Source of the DNA: Narcine bancroftii
Lineage: Eukaryota
Assembly (NCBI RefSeq): GCF_036971445.1
Contig: NC_091469.1
Span: forward strand, 201,810,001 to 201,874,000
Length of the DNA stretch: 64,000 nucleotides
Direction: 5' to 3'
The notes beneath the pieces were generated by a model. That model had not been told where the DNA came from. It did no database searches and was given only the letters and a program-made list of their open reading frames with translations. Of this stretch, positions 1-14,897 are shown piece by piece. How positions within the stretch are numbered: position 1 is the stretch's first letter; every line of letters starts with the position of its first letter. The position numbers and the translations under genes are program-made.

Positions 1-9
1 CAATGACTG

Positions 10-3000
10 TTATTCCTCTGGAATAGGCTGTAATTCAGGAGCGTGAAGAAGTCGGTGGAAAGGTGTACCTCCTTTTAAAGGGCGATGATTCAAATTGTCG
101 ACTGCCTGCTGCAGCACATGGCACCATCCCTTCTGGGTCCCCAGTGATGTTTCCAAACGAATTTGTTCCTTCAGTAAGCCGTTCATTTGTTCAACTAACC
201 CGGCAGCCTGCGGGTAATAAGGAATATGGTGGATCCATAAAATACCGTTGTCATTTACCCAATCACAGATTGCTTTCCTGGAGAAGTGCAAGCCATTATC
301 AGAGTGAATCTCCTCTGGAACATCATAACGATAAATCAAATGGTTTAGTCCTTGGATAGTGCTAGCTTGGTCAGCCATCTTGGTGGGAAAAGTAAAAACC
401 AGGCCCGAAAAGGTGTCAACCATTACTAGGATGTAATATTTACCCATACAGTCTAGCATGGGGCCTATATAATCAATTTGCCAGACCGCAGCTGAGTGAG
501 CACCCCGTTTTATTTGGCCATGTGGACCAGGTGGAATGGTATGGAACTTCACAAGCTGACATTCTGGGCATGTACGTACGACCATGCGGACATCATCCTG
601 ATGGACGGATAAAGCATGTGTACGGGACCACATAGCTGATCCCTTCTCCCCCAAATGACCACTCTGTTCATGTGCCCATCGAGCCAGGGGGACGGTATCA
701 GCACAGCTGATAGTGGCAAGCTGATCTGCTACTGCATTATGTTGAGCCATGTTAATCGCCATATTGGTATGGGCATAAACGTGATAAACGGTTATCTCAC
801 GATGGTGGGAAGCATCCCACAACAGCTGCCACAACTCTTTGCCCCATACTGGGCGGTCAAGTATCATCCAGTTGTTCTTTTGCAAATCAGGCATCCATAC
901 CACAAGTCCATTAGCCAAAGCCCAGGAATCAGTAAACAGGCGAAGAGGGTGATCATGGGGATCTAGTGGTAAAGTGACTGCCTTCAACTCAGCATACTGA
1001 CTGGAGCCACCATCCCCCTCCTCCGATAAGTGAGTTCCTGACCTGGGATGGTAAGCCACCTGTTCGTGTACGTGGCCCACCCCTTCAGGCCCTCTGGTCG
1101 CATGACTCTGAATATACCACTTCCATTTAACAATAGAAGACTGCTGAGCCCGCCCGATCTTTAGATTAGCATCATTAGCCAGGACCCAATTCATTATAGG
1201 AAGTGCAGGTCGCAATTGAATATCTGCATCACCTGTCATTCTTTCAGTCTCTAGCAGGGCCCAGTAACAGGCTACTAACTGTTGTTCAAAAACAGAATAA
1301 CGAGTGGCAGCCTCGGACATGGTACGTGACCAGAATCCCAGTGGGACTCGGCGACCCTCTTGTTTCTGCCAGAGGCTCCAGGAGGCCACATCATCAATAT
1401 AATGGTGAATTGAGAGGGAAGGCGATACTGGAAGGTGGATGAAGGTATACTGGCGCCCCTTCCAGGTAAAGGCGAACTGATCCTGTGAATCCTCAGCTAT
1501 AAGAATACTGAAGAAGGCGTTAGCGAGATCAATGACAGCATACCATGTTCCTGAGTTCCCAGTAGCAATGTTTTCAATAAGGGTGACAATGTCCGGAACT
1601 TCTGAAGCAAGTGGTGGGGCATGTTTGTTGAAAAAACGATAATCAACTGTCATTCTCCAGGAGCCATCTGGCTTCTGGACCGGCCAAACAGGGCTATTAA
1701 AGGGCGACGTTGCGGGCCTCACTACCCCTTCTTCTTGCAGAGCATCGATGGTGGCAGTAATCTCTTCCTGCCCCCCAGGGAGACGATATTGTGGAATGCA
1801 CACTGGTTTCATGGGGGCTGGCACCATCACAGGATCCCACTTAACCTGACCCACTACTAGTTTTTTTGTAATAGTTCGAATTCCAAATTCAAATCTCCCT
1901 TGGCTAGTATTAAGGGCCATACCGGCCAACATATTAATACCCAGGATACACTCGTCAGTAGCAGCCACCAGGGCATGTAACCAGACAGGGGAAGGGCTAT
2001 CACCCACCATGGCACAGACTTTTATTTCCTTTGCCAGGGTGACCGCTCCTCCCAACCCCTCTATTTGAAAGGCCGGTCCAGTCCAGAGGTCGGGATTGCC
2101 AGGAATCACCGAGTGCTCTGCACCGGTGTCGACCAAAGCCAAGTATTGGCGATCATTACCCCCACCCCAGTGGATTGTTAACGGTATGTAGGGCCGCGGA
2201 TCCCCGTGTGTGCGCCGTGTCTCGATGGAGTAGACACGGGAATCCTGCCCACACCTTGAGGCTTCAGAAGGGTTCGGGGGCTTCCAGGACCACATGCTAT
2301 TGTTATCTTTAAGAGCCTGTTTAACCCATTGTTTTACCTCATCATGAGTAACTGGAGCAGGAGAAGCCAGCTCGATAGAAGCAGCAGTGGGAGCAGAAAG
2401 CACAGCTGGGCCAGGAGGACTCAGCAGCTGGGGATGATGTTCCCCTGCTTTTTGCCTAAATCGATCTCCAATGGCAGCCAGCTCTTTTACAGAGAAATCA
2501 CGGATCATTGACTCCTTCCGACCCCTGTTCCCACTTTGACTCACAGGATCCTCCACCCAGTCTAGGGGAGGAGGTGGAGGCCATCCAACAGAGGGAGTAG
2601 GCCATAGAGCATAAGCAGGGGTTTGGGTATTTTCCCCTGGGTCCACATGGGAAACCGGGGTATCTATCCCTTCCATCTCTACCCTTACATCATCCCCCCT
2701 TCTGTCTGTTTGGGAAATCTGCTGCCTTATAGGGCGGGCGTGAACAGCAGATGGAGAGGGTAGTATGTTAGACACATGCTGAGGAGTATCTGCATTATTA
2801 CCATTGTCATTCCAGATATTCCCATCCCAATCCTCAATTACATCAGGATCGTTACCATTCCTTATCATGGCATGAATACGATATGGATCGGGTTCTACTC
2901 CATGCCTTTCCTTATCTGCACAGAGCTGCTGCCGGAGTTTAATATTACGGCAAATCATTTGGACATGCTTATCTTCCCATTCTTTGGCTCTGTCCTGACT

Positions 3001-3381
3001 GGTGCGAACAATCTCGCTCATCATGGAACAGCATTGTCGCAGGACTTCTAGCTCCTCCTCTAATTGCTTTCTTTTGCACTGAGATTCTACTTCTCTTTGA
3101 ATTAATTCTGCTTCACGCTGAACGGAGTGGCGTAATGCTGTGGCCAGCAACCAAAAACCATTCGTCAGCGTTCCCTTTTTATCAGGAAATTTACTTTCTC
3201 GAAGGAGAGTGGCAACCCGCTCTCCCAGAGGTGCACTTGATGAGTCTAACTTCTCATCCCAACTAATGGGTGGTCCCAACAAAGACAGGGTATTGGCCAA
3301 CATGCCAAACCCATCGTCTTTGGAAGTCCATCCAGGAATCAAGAACTGCTCAGGGCTCACCTCTTTCTTTCGGCGAAACAT
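10..3381 (-). mobile_element. ERV-L-like (class III) endogenous retrovirus gag-pro-pol, single open ORF with internal deletions
   Basis: ORF from ATG 3381 (MFRRKKE). Gag motif WDGNIW; protease IHWG..LVDTGA (DTG at 2122-2130); RT motifs SPFNSPVWPVQKPDGSWRMTVDYR, IDLANAFFSI and HYIDD; SIVKWKWYI; RNase H SSQYAELKAV and LFTDSWALANGL; integrase HHCC plus WQIDYIG / SDNG / GLVEQMN. These match HERV-L/MuERV-L Pol motifs as I recall them. Confidence 0.9.
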
Positions 3382-4288
3382 CTTGAGACCAACAGGGGAA
3401 GTGGGGGAGGGGGGTTGGCGGCAGTGGTGTGTGTGGCTGGTGTGGTGCTGCATGGAGGGGTGGCCTTGGGGGCCGGGGTCGACGTATGTGGGTCGTATTG
3501 GATGAGTGGGGGGGCGGGGGCAGGTTCATCTCTTAAGGCTGAAGCGGGCCACTGGTGGTTAAGGAGGCCCTGCGTGCCCCAGAGCTGCATGGGGATGAGG
3601 GTGTATGCCCGGTCAGCGTTGTCCTGTGTTGGAGGGTAGCGTGATGTGGTGAGTGCTTCTGCTGGTGCCAGGTCCCTGGTTAAGACAGTGTCCTCCCTGC
3701 CCCTGCCGAACCTAATGTAAGCGTAGTTATGGTTTGCATGAAGGAGGAACACCTGCTCCACCAGGGCTTCGGCCTTGTGTGTCCTTACATGCTTACACAG
3801 AAGCACCAGTCCCAGGGACGTGAGCCACACTGGGAGTGACATTCCAGTTGTCAACCTCCTGGGGAATGAGAACAGACGTTCGTGAGGGGTCTCATTGGTA
3901 GCCGTGCACAGCAGTGACCGAATGGCACCGAACGCCTCGGGAAGGGCATCCTGCCAGAATTCAACGGCCCACCCTTTTGACCTGAGAGCTAGGAGGACTG
4001 CCTTCCATACCACCCCATTCTCGTTTTCCACTTACCCGTTGCCTCTTGTACGTGGTGCAGCCTTTGGTTACCTGGAAGGCTCGGGGACCCACCTTTGACC
4101 GGAGTAGGACCAACCTCTTCCGATCGGAGTCCAGGATTTTGCCCTCATGTGCCTTGATGATTGCCTCGACCGCATGCTGCCAAATCTTGAAGCATGTCTG
4201 GGCTTCTGGATGGTGTGGGTTGACCTCGAGGCTCCCTGCGCACAGGAGTTTTTCCATGGCAGCCGTGGGAAAATTTTGTGGATTAAAT
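3382..4288 (-). mobile_element. Internally deleted Ty3/Gypsy retrotransposon: gag N-terminus joined to integrase C-terminal half
   Basis: MEKLLCAGSLEVNPHHPEAQTCFKIW (gag start) joins at ~4047 to RGNG*VENENGVVWKAVLLALRSKG...IRSLLCTATNETPHERLF...LLHANHNYAYIRF..GREDTV.TRDLAP (integrase core end and C-terminal region), then a Pro/Thr-rich tail. Confidence 0.8.
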
Positions 4289-4567
4289 TGTGGTCCGCTG
4301 TTAGACAGAATCAGACACACGCAAGGTAAAGACTGAACAACAGGCTTTAATCCACAAAAACCTCTGGCTGTGGCTGCAGCAACTCAGTATGAGGCCTCAG
4401 GAGGCTGGCACAGGCTTATATCCTGGAGGGTGATTGACACCCGATCGGGTGGGGCTTGATCCATTCAGGCTGACTGATCGGCATCCGGCCAAGTGTTGTC
4501 CATTCCCCTTACACTTCTGCAGGTACAGAGGTTGCTCCCTGCAGTAGGCTGGTGGTGTACCATCACA
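4289..4567 (-). repeat. 5' LTR of Gypsy element
   Basis: On the minus strand it begins TGTGAT and ends ACCACA, with a TATAA box (~4416-4420) and ATTAAA (~4346-4351). It lies immediately upstream of the gag start and abuts a CR1 fragment. Confidence 0.7.
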
Positions 4568-4865
4568 GTAGACAGTCAACACCTTTTTCACAGGGCAACA
4601 ATGTCAATTACCAGAGGACATCTATTCAAAGTTAGGGGAGATGTCAAAGGTAGGTTTCTTTTTCACAGAGAGTGGTGGATGCCTGGAATGCTTTGCCGTG
4701 GGTGGTGGTGGAAGCTGGTACAATGGAGACATTCAAAAGATACTTTGATAGTGTGTGTGTGTGTGAGGTAGGGATGGATTATATTTTTGAAAAGGAGGTT
4801 TACAAAGGTCAGCACAATATCATGGGCTGAAGGGCCTGAATTGTGCTGTAATGTTCTATGTCCAA
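4568..4865 (+). mobile_element. CR1-like LINE 3' fragment
   Basis: TRGHLFKVRG...RFLFHREWW residual RT C-terminus, followed by a typical 3' tail GGGCTGAAGGGCCTG...TGTTCTATG. Confidence 0.65.
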
Positions 4866-5667
4866 AAATTTTAAGGCTCACTTTCATGGAAGGAAGCCAT
4901 TTAATTGACTATTTCAATACCTGCCACAAATGGATCCATTTTGGTTTCTACCATTTCACAGATCTGTCAGAAACCTTCAGGTTACAGATCTTCAAATACT
5001 CATCCAGGTACATTTTAAATGTAAAAAAAGGGTAAGCCATCAATGAAGGCAGTGGGCTTTAGAGACCCAGTAATCAATAGGATAAAAATAAAGGTTTTCA
5101 CAATTCCCCTCTCACTCTTCAGCCAGTTAGTTAAAATCTATGCCCCTGAGTTATTAACCTTTCTGCCAAGCTTTTGAGTCCTTCTTGTCTCCTTGCTTTT
5201 TCCAATACTTTGCCACCACCAATGAAAGGCTGACTAGCCCATTTAACATGCTCTGATTCTCTAGCACACCTCAAGCCAAAGCCTGTAACTTTTATTTCAG
5301 ATACTATTGCCTTTATCTGAGCTTAGCTATTGATTTAGTTTTAATGATATGAAACTAATTAAATGTCCACTCGCTTTCATTCTTTCTTCTTAATACTTGT
5401 CAGCAATATAGTAACCTAGACACTTGGCTTATTGACTGATAGTATGTTTGAACTTTTCCCAATGCATTTTTATCCTTAGTAAATTCCAAAAAACTACCTG
5501 TTCTCGGATGCATATTCAAACTATTTATTTAGAACTACTTTTGCAGCTAGAAATTTGGGTTATAATTTTGGTTCCTAATCTTTTCTTTTCATCTTCTTAC
5601 TCATTACAGTACATAGTTAAAAAATATTTTGGAAAGCTCCTTAAAGTGGCCTTTAGTCCCTCGAGAT

Positions 5668-6587
5668 CAGTGATTTTCAAACTTTTTCTGTTCACTCACA
5701 TACCACCTTAAGTAATCACTTTGCCATAGGTGCTCTGTGATTAGTAAGGGATTACTTTTTTTTAAATTTTTTTAATTTTTCACACTATAAACCAAATTGA
5801 TCAAGATACATACATTTTCCCTCTTGAACATATACAGTGTTGTTTTCTCCCCCCCCCTCCCTCCTCCCCTCCCTCCCTCCCTACCTCCCCTCCCATTCAT
5901 TTAAAGTTCAGAAAATGGGATACATTAAACCCGTCAAACAATGTTGTCACTCAATAAAGACAAACAAGAAATTCCACTGAGTCAGTTCTTTTCATTCTCT
6001 TCTCCTTCTGTCATTTTAGGTGGTAAATGTCCCCGGTAGGTTTTCTCTATTATATTTCATGTATGGATCCCATATTTGTTAAAAAATGTTGTAATATTAT
6101 TTCTTAAATTATATGTTATTTTTTCTAATGGAATACATTTATTCATTTCTATATACCATTGTTGTATTCTCAAGTTATCTTCTAATTTCCAGGCTGTCAT
6201 AATACATTTTTTTGCTACAGCTAGAGCTATCCTAACAAATCTTTTTTGTGCACCATCCAAATCAAGTCCAAATTCTTTGTTTTTTATGTTACTTAGGAAG
6301 AAGATCTCTGGGTTTTTTGGTATATTGCTTTTTGTGATTTTATTTAATATCTGGTTTAGATCTTCCCAAAATTTTTTCACTTTCTCACATGTCCATATTG
6401 CATGAATTGTTGTTCCCATTTCCTTTTTACAGCGAAAACATCTGTCAGATACTGTTGGGTCCCATTTATTTAACTTTTGAGGTGTAATATATAGCCTGTG
6501 TATCCAGTTATATTGTATCATACGTAACCTCAGTAAGGGATTACTTAAGGTGGTATGTGAGTGGGGGGAAAAGATTGAGAACCACTG
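5668..6587. mobile_element. hAT/Charlie-like MITE interrupted by an L1 insertion
   Basis: Inverted termini CAGTGATTTTCAA ... TTGAGAACCACTG and internal inverted arms CACTCACATACCACCTTAAGTAATC / GATTACTTAAGGTGGTATGTGAGTG. Another terminus copy starts at 6700. Confidence 0.65.
5758..6531 (-). mobile_element. 5'-truncated L1-clade LINE with 15-bp target site duplication
   Basis: ORF2 C-terminal zinc knuckle (HRLYITP...CFRCKKEMGTTIHAIWTC), G-rich 3' UTR, A-rich tail. AGTAAGGGATTACTT is duplicated at 5743-5757 and 6532-6546. Confidence 0.9.
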
Positions 6588-6729
6588 CCCTTGACCCAAT
6601 TGTTACTGAAATATTTTGCTTGAGAAAAATTGTCATTGGCCCGTTTCCTTTGGAGTTATGAAACCATGTACATAACGAGTCAGTTAAGTATGATTAAAAC
6701 AGTGGTTTTCAAGCTTTTTTTTCCCATTC

Positions 6730-7720
6730 TGTGGTAAACCACTGCATATATGTTTGGATGTGTTAGGACACATCCCTTGCTAACTGTGCCTGAAGCTTCT
6801 CCCACTGACCCCTGAATAAAGGCAACTATGCCACAGCACCCTCCTCAGTCCAGGACAGTCGACCAGCATGGACAGACCTCCATTCTGTTTCTCTACAACT
6901 TCTAGTCTTTGCAGTTATTAATGGTGCATCAGTTTTATTCACAACAATTTTTTGATAATGGAGCAGACTCTGAAGCCAGAAAAGCTGGACCTCGAACCAT
7001 AATCACTTGATGCATCCAACAGCATCAAACTCTGGCTGTGTGGCTTCAAAGCGTTCCTGCAGGTTTCCTCTACTATAATTCGATCAGAGAACGACAGGGT
7101 GCAAGTACTGTATTCCTGGGTCGGGCCCCTAGGTACACTTGATGATCAGGGACGCTGAGTCTTATCCAGCGGTGATGGACATACTGAAAAGCCAGTTCCG
7201 GAGGAAGGTAAAAGAGGCACCTCCTGGCTACCCGAAAACAGAAACCTGGGGAATCGAGCGCCGAGTACCTTTGGACCCTGTGAGCTCTTGGATGGGCCTG
7301 TGACTGAAAGGCCATGACGGCTACAGTGAACATGGATGACTTGATCAGAGACACCTATGTCATGGGCCTAAGATCTAGCTACATCCGGCAGAGACTGTTG
7401 GAGCAGAGTGAGCTTAATTTACAAAAGACAGTCAAGCTAGTGGACAGGCTAGAGGTGGCCCTCCAAAACATAGATGCAAACTCAGCTGATAACAGAGCTG
7501 GTTCGTGGTTACCGTGGGTACCACCATCTTGGGAAGTGGGAGGACCTCCATGTCCTGTCAGCGACTCAACCATGGCCGCGGTACTCTGCAGGCACCCGAA
7601 GTGCTACTTCTGTGGCCTGCACAAACACCTGAGGAAACGCAGTCCAATGAACGACGTGGTTTGCTCTAGCTGTGGGAAGAAAGGACATTACGTAAAGGAT
7701 TACCCTAGCAATTGTTCCTT
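6730..7720 (+). mobile_element. Second Gypsy element fragment: LTR (6730-6931) plus degraded gag
   Basis: TG...CA LTR; ATG 6958 MEQTLKPEKLDLEP* resembles the first element's gag start; IRDTYVMGLRSSYIRQRLLE and degenerate zinc knuckles CYFCG..H / CSSCGKKGH; contains stops and frameshifts. Confidence 0.8.
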
Positions 7721-7724
7721 TCTC

Positions 7725-8240
7725 AGAATCAGAATTTATTGTCATGAACAAGCCATGAAATTTGGTGTTTTGCATCAGTGTTATAGTGTATTCATATTAT
7801 AACCATCTTATGACTTAACTATAACAAAAATTAAAATACTAGTGCTCGAAAAGTAAGGCAGTGTCTTTGGTCCATTGATTATTCAGGAATCTGATGGCGG
7901 CGGGGAAGAAGCTGACCTTGTGCCTTTAAGTGCTTGTCTTTAGACTCCTGTACCTTTTCCCCACTGATAGCAGAGTGAAGAGGGCATAGCCTGGGTGGTG
8001 GGGTGGGTGTCTTTGAGGACAGAGGCTGCTTTTTTTCAAGATACCACCTCAAGTAGATGCCCTTGATGGAGTGAAGTCTGCAGGCCGAGTTAACAACCTC
8101 TGGAGTTTATTCTTGCCCTGAGAGTTGGTGCCTCCGTACCAGTCAGTGATGCAGCCAGCCCCAATGCTCTCCATGGTACACCTGTAGAAGTTTACAAGAG
8201 TCTTCGAAGACATACCGAATCTCCTCAGACACCTGTACAT
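7725..8240 (-). mobile_element. Rex1/Babar-like LINE 3' fragment
   Basis: LRRFGMSSKTLVNFYRCTMESI.GCIT.WYG motif of the RT C-terminus; tail similar to other copies in the window. Confidence 0.7.
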
Positions 8241-8648
8241 GAGAAAAGTGTTTTAGCTGATATTTGGCATGTTAAACTACATACCCCCCCAGTCTACTCG
8301 TAACGTGCTGATTTGCTGACAAAACTGATCAACTTTGACCACACAAGCGATTAAAAATTCCAGAATCGGATGGGGGAGGTGGGAGTAATAACGCCACAGA
8401 CATGAAATCTCCATTCACAAGGTGACGTCCGAGGGAACTGACAGGATCCACCGATTGACAGCAGGTTTATCCAACGATTGTAGAGGGCAGTCGATAACTC
8501 CAATTCCCAGTGGACCGCGTGTTTAAAGCCGAATCCAATCGGATTTACGCTACCAGTGAGGAGGCGGGATCTCGGGGACTTAACTGACGAGAGTCTCCCG
8601 AAAGCCTGTACGTGTCAGCCTCCGGAGTGGCTAGCATTGGACCTGTGA

Positions 8649-8700
8649 CCAATCAGCAGCCTCCAACGCAAGGACAGTCGACCAATGGTAGTGCTCCACG
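8649..8700 (+). promoter_or_regulatory. Tandem ER stress response elements (ERSE) of HSPA5
   Basis: Perfect CCAAT-N9-CCACG at 8682-8700 and variant CCAAT-N9-CCAAC at 8649-8667 (NF-Y plus ATF6/XBP1 site). Confidence 0.95.
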
Positions 8701-8718
8701 ACGAGGAAGTCGCTAATC

Positions 8719-8726
8719 TATATAAA
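8719..8726 (+). promoter_or_regulatory. HSPA5 TATA box
   Basis: TATATAAA 18 nt downstream of the proximal ERSE, within a CpG-rich region (~8360-9200). Confidence 0.9.
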
Positions 8727-8749
8727 GGCCTGAGCCGTGCCTGTGGTAT

Positions 8750-8779
8750 TGGGAGATTAGTGCAGAGTCGGAGGCAGGG
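8750..8779 (+). other. HSPA5: Probable non-coding first exon of HSPA5
   Basis: About 30 nt downstream of TATA; donor GGG|GTAAGT at 8780; likely acceptor TCTCTGTTTAG ending at 9438 before the ATG exon. The start coordinate is approximate. Confidence 0.6.
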
Positions 8780-9473
8780 GTAAGTACTTGTGGGCTGAGA
8801 TGTGCTGGGGGCAGCCTGATCGGCCGTCCATCGAGTGGTCTGGTCACCTGAGCGGCGGAATCATTAACACCAGCCTGCAGCTCAGTAAAACTCAGGGAGG
8901 GTTGGCTGGTTTCCGAGCCCAGCGCCGTGCTGATCGCGCCGGGACGGTCACGCGGCTTCAGTCCGGTGAAATGTCCCGCAAAGTGGCCAACGATGCCGAT
9001 GATTTCCCGCCCTCCTTCCCCCGCTTCCCTGCGTGTGAGGACTGGGCCCACGGCTGGGCCGGGAACGCGTGCGGCTGCTGACGGCGGCTGGTTATAAAAT
9101 GGCTTCCGGAGCATTGCGGCCCCATTCAGCTTTTGTTCAGGCTGGAAGCTCCAATCGACCTCGATCGTCGAGACGGCACTTTCTCAGCGTGGAAGATTGA
9201 GGTTCATTGCTTGGTTTCGCCATTAATTGTCTGTGAGATGACTCACCAGGTTACTAAGCCTAGTTTGGGGTTTCTGGAGTTGTACCTTCGGGAGTCTAAG
9301 GATTAGGATTGCTTTCATGAAGGAAACTGGAGGAGTTTATTGTCTCTCATGACTGATTATAGCTGTTTAAAATCTATTTAGAAGGATTGCTTTTAGGGGA
9401 TTGTGGAGAAACTGCTAATTTTTAAATTCTCTGTTTAGATCATTTTCCCTACATTATAGTCAATTCTCTGAAA

Positions 9474-13841
<4,368 letters not shown>

Positions 13842-14135
13842 TGATTCAATTTTGTAAATAGTGGACTTGAACTTTGCTGTTTGGGAAAGAATCTGAATGA
13901 TAAAGACTAAACTCTTGAATGTATGTGCAACATTTTCATGAGTGGTGTGAATGTTTGAAATGGTTTTGAACTTCCATTGCAGTCTCAGCACCAATTGTCT
14001 GTAGGAAGAACTTAATTGGGAGAAGAGGGTGGGTTTAAAAAAAAAACAAAGTTCTCCAAATGCACATTTTTTCTATTTATTTGCAATCTTGTGTTTGGTC
14101 GGTGTAAGCGTAGAAAACATTTTCTACTGATGACC

Positions 14136-14141
14136 AATAAA
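14136..14141 (+). terminator. HSPA5 polyadenylation signal
   Basis: AATAAA ~295 nt after the stop, followed by ATTAAA and GT/T-rich sequence. Confidence 0.75.
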
Positions 14142-14687
14142 TGTTATGTTTGATATTAAAATTTCTCTTAGCATCTTGGTGTTGAAAGGCCACCAGCACT
14201 ACAAACTACCTTTCTGTGGTGGTGATGCACTTTTCATTGTTACACTTGAATCTACAGATAACAATGTCTTGAAATGAGTTGGGTTGTGCACATCATTAAA
14301 TGGATTAAATGTGTCATCTTGTGTAGGGTTTAAGTGTATTGAGCAATGAAATTGAATTTAAAATTGCAACATTTTCCCTAGTTGGTCAACAATCTCACTT
14401 GTGGATTCATTCAATCAAGAAGTGTTGGTTGGTTAGAGTAGTTTGAGGCAAATGTGGAGTGCAGACTAAACTAACAAATCAATTATTACCACTCCTAATT
14501 TAGTAAATCAGCATTCTGATTTGATGTCCATGAAAATGTCTGATACAATTTTTTTTTTGCAAACTGACCCATTTTTGAATACTATTTTGAAGTCTAGTTA
14601 AAAAATGTTGTATTTTAAAGGACAGTGTGATCACTCTTTGCATTTAAAATAATTTCACTTCACTGGCTTTAGCCTGTAGTCTGATTA

Positions 14688-14897
14688 CAGGTAGTCCTCA
14701 ATTTGATTTCAGTCCCAATTAGTCATAAATGGTCGTAAGTCAGATTTGTGTCTTAATGAGGTATTAAAGTAATATTTTCAACAACAAAAAATTCATCAAA
14801 TAAATTTTTAATGAAGAATCTCAGCAAGTATAAAGTAAAATGGGTTGTAAGTGCAGGTGGATGCAACTCGCATAGGTCGCAAGTTGAGGACTACCTG
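14688..14897. mobile_element. Tc1/mariner (Tigger-like) MITE
   Basis: TIRs CAGGTAGTCCTCAA / TTGAGGACTACCTG flanked by TA on both sides. Confidence 0.85.

Noticed and set aside
3382-3453. ORF-track start at 3453 for the ERV protein
   Set aside because: The first 24 codons lie in the Gypsy integrase tail in another frame; ATG 3381 is the more plausible gag start.
8713-9114. 133-aa antisense ORF at the HSPA5 promoter
   Set aside because: Expected in GC-rich CpG-island sequence; no recognisable motif.
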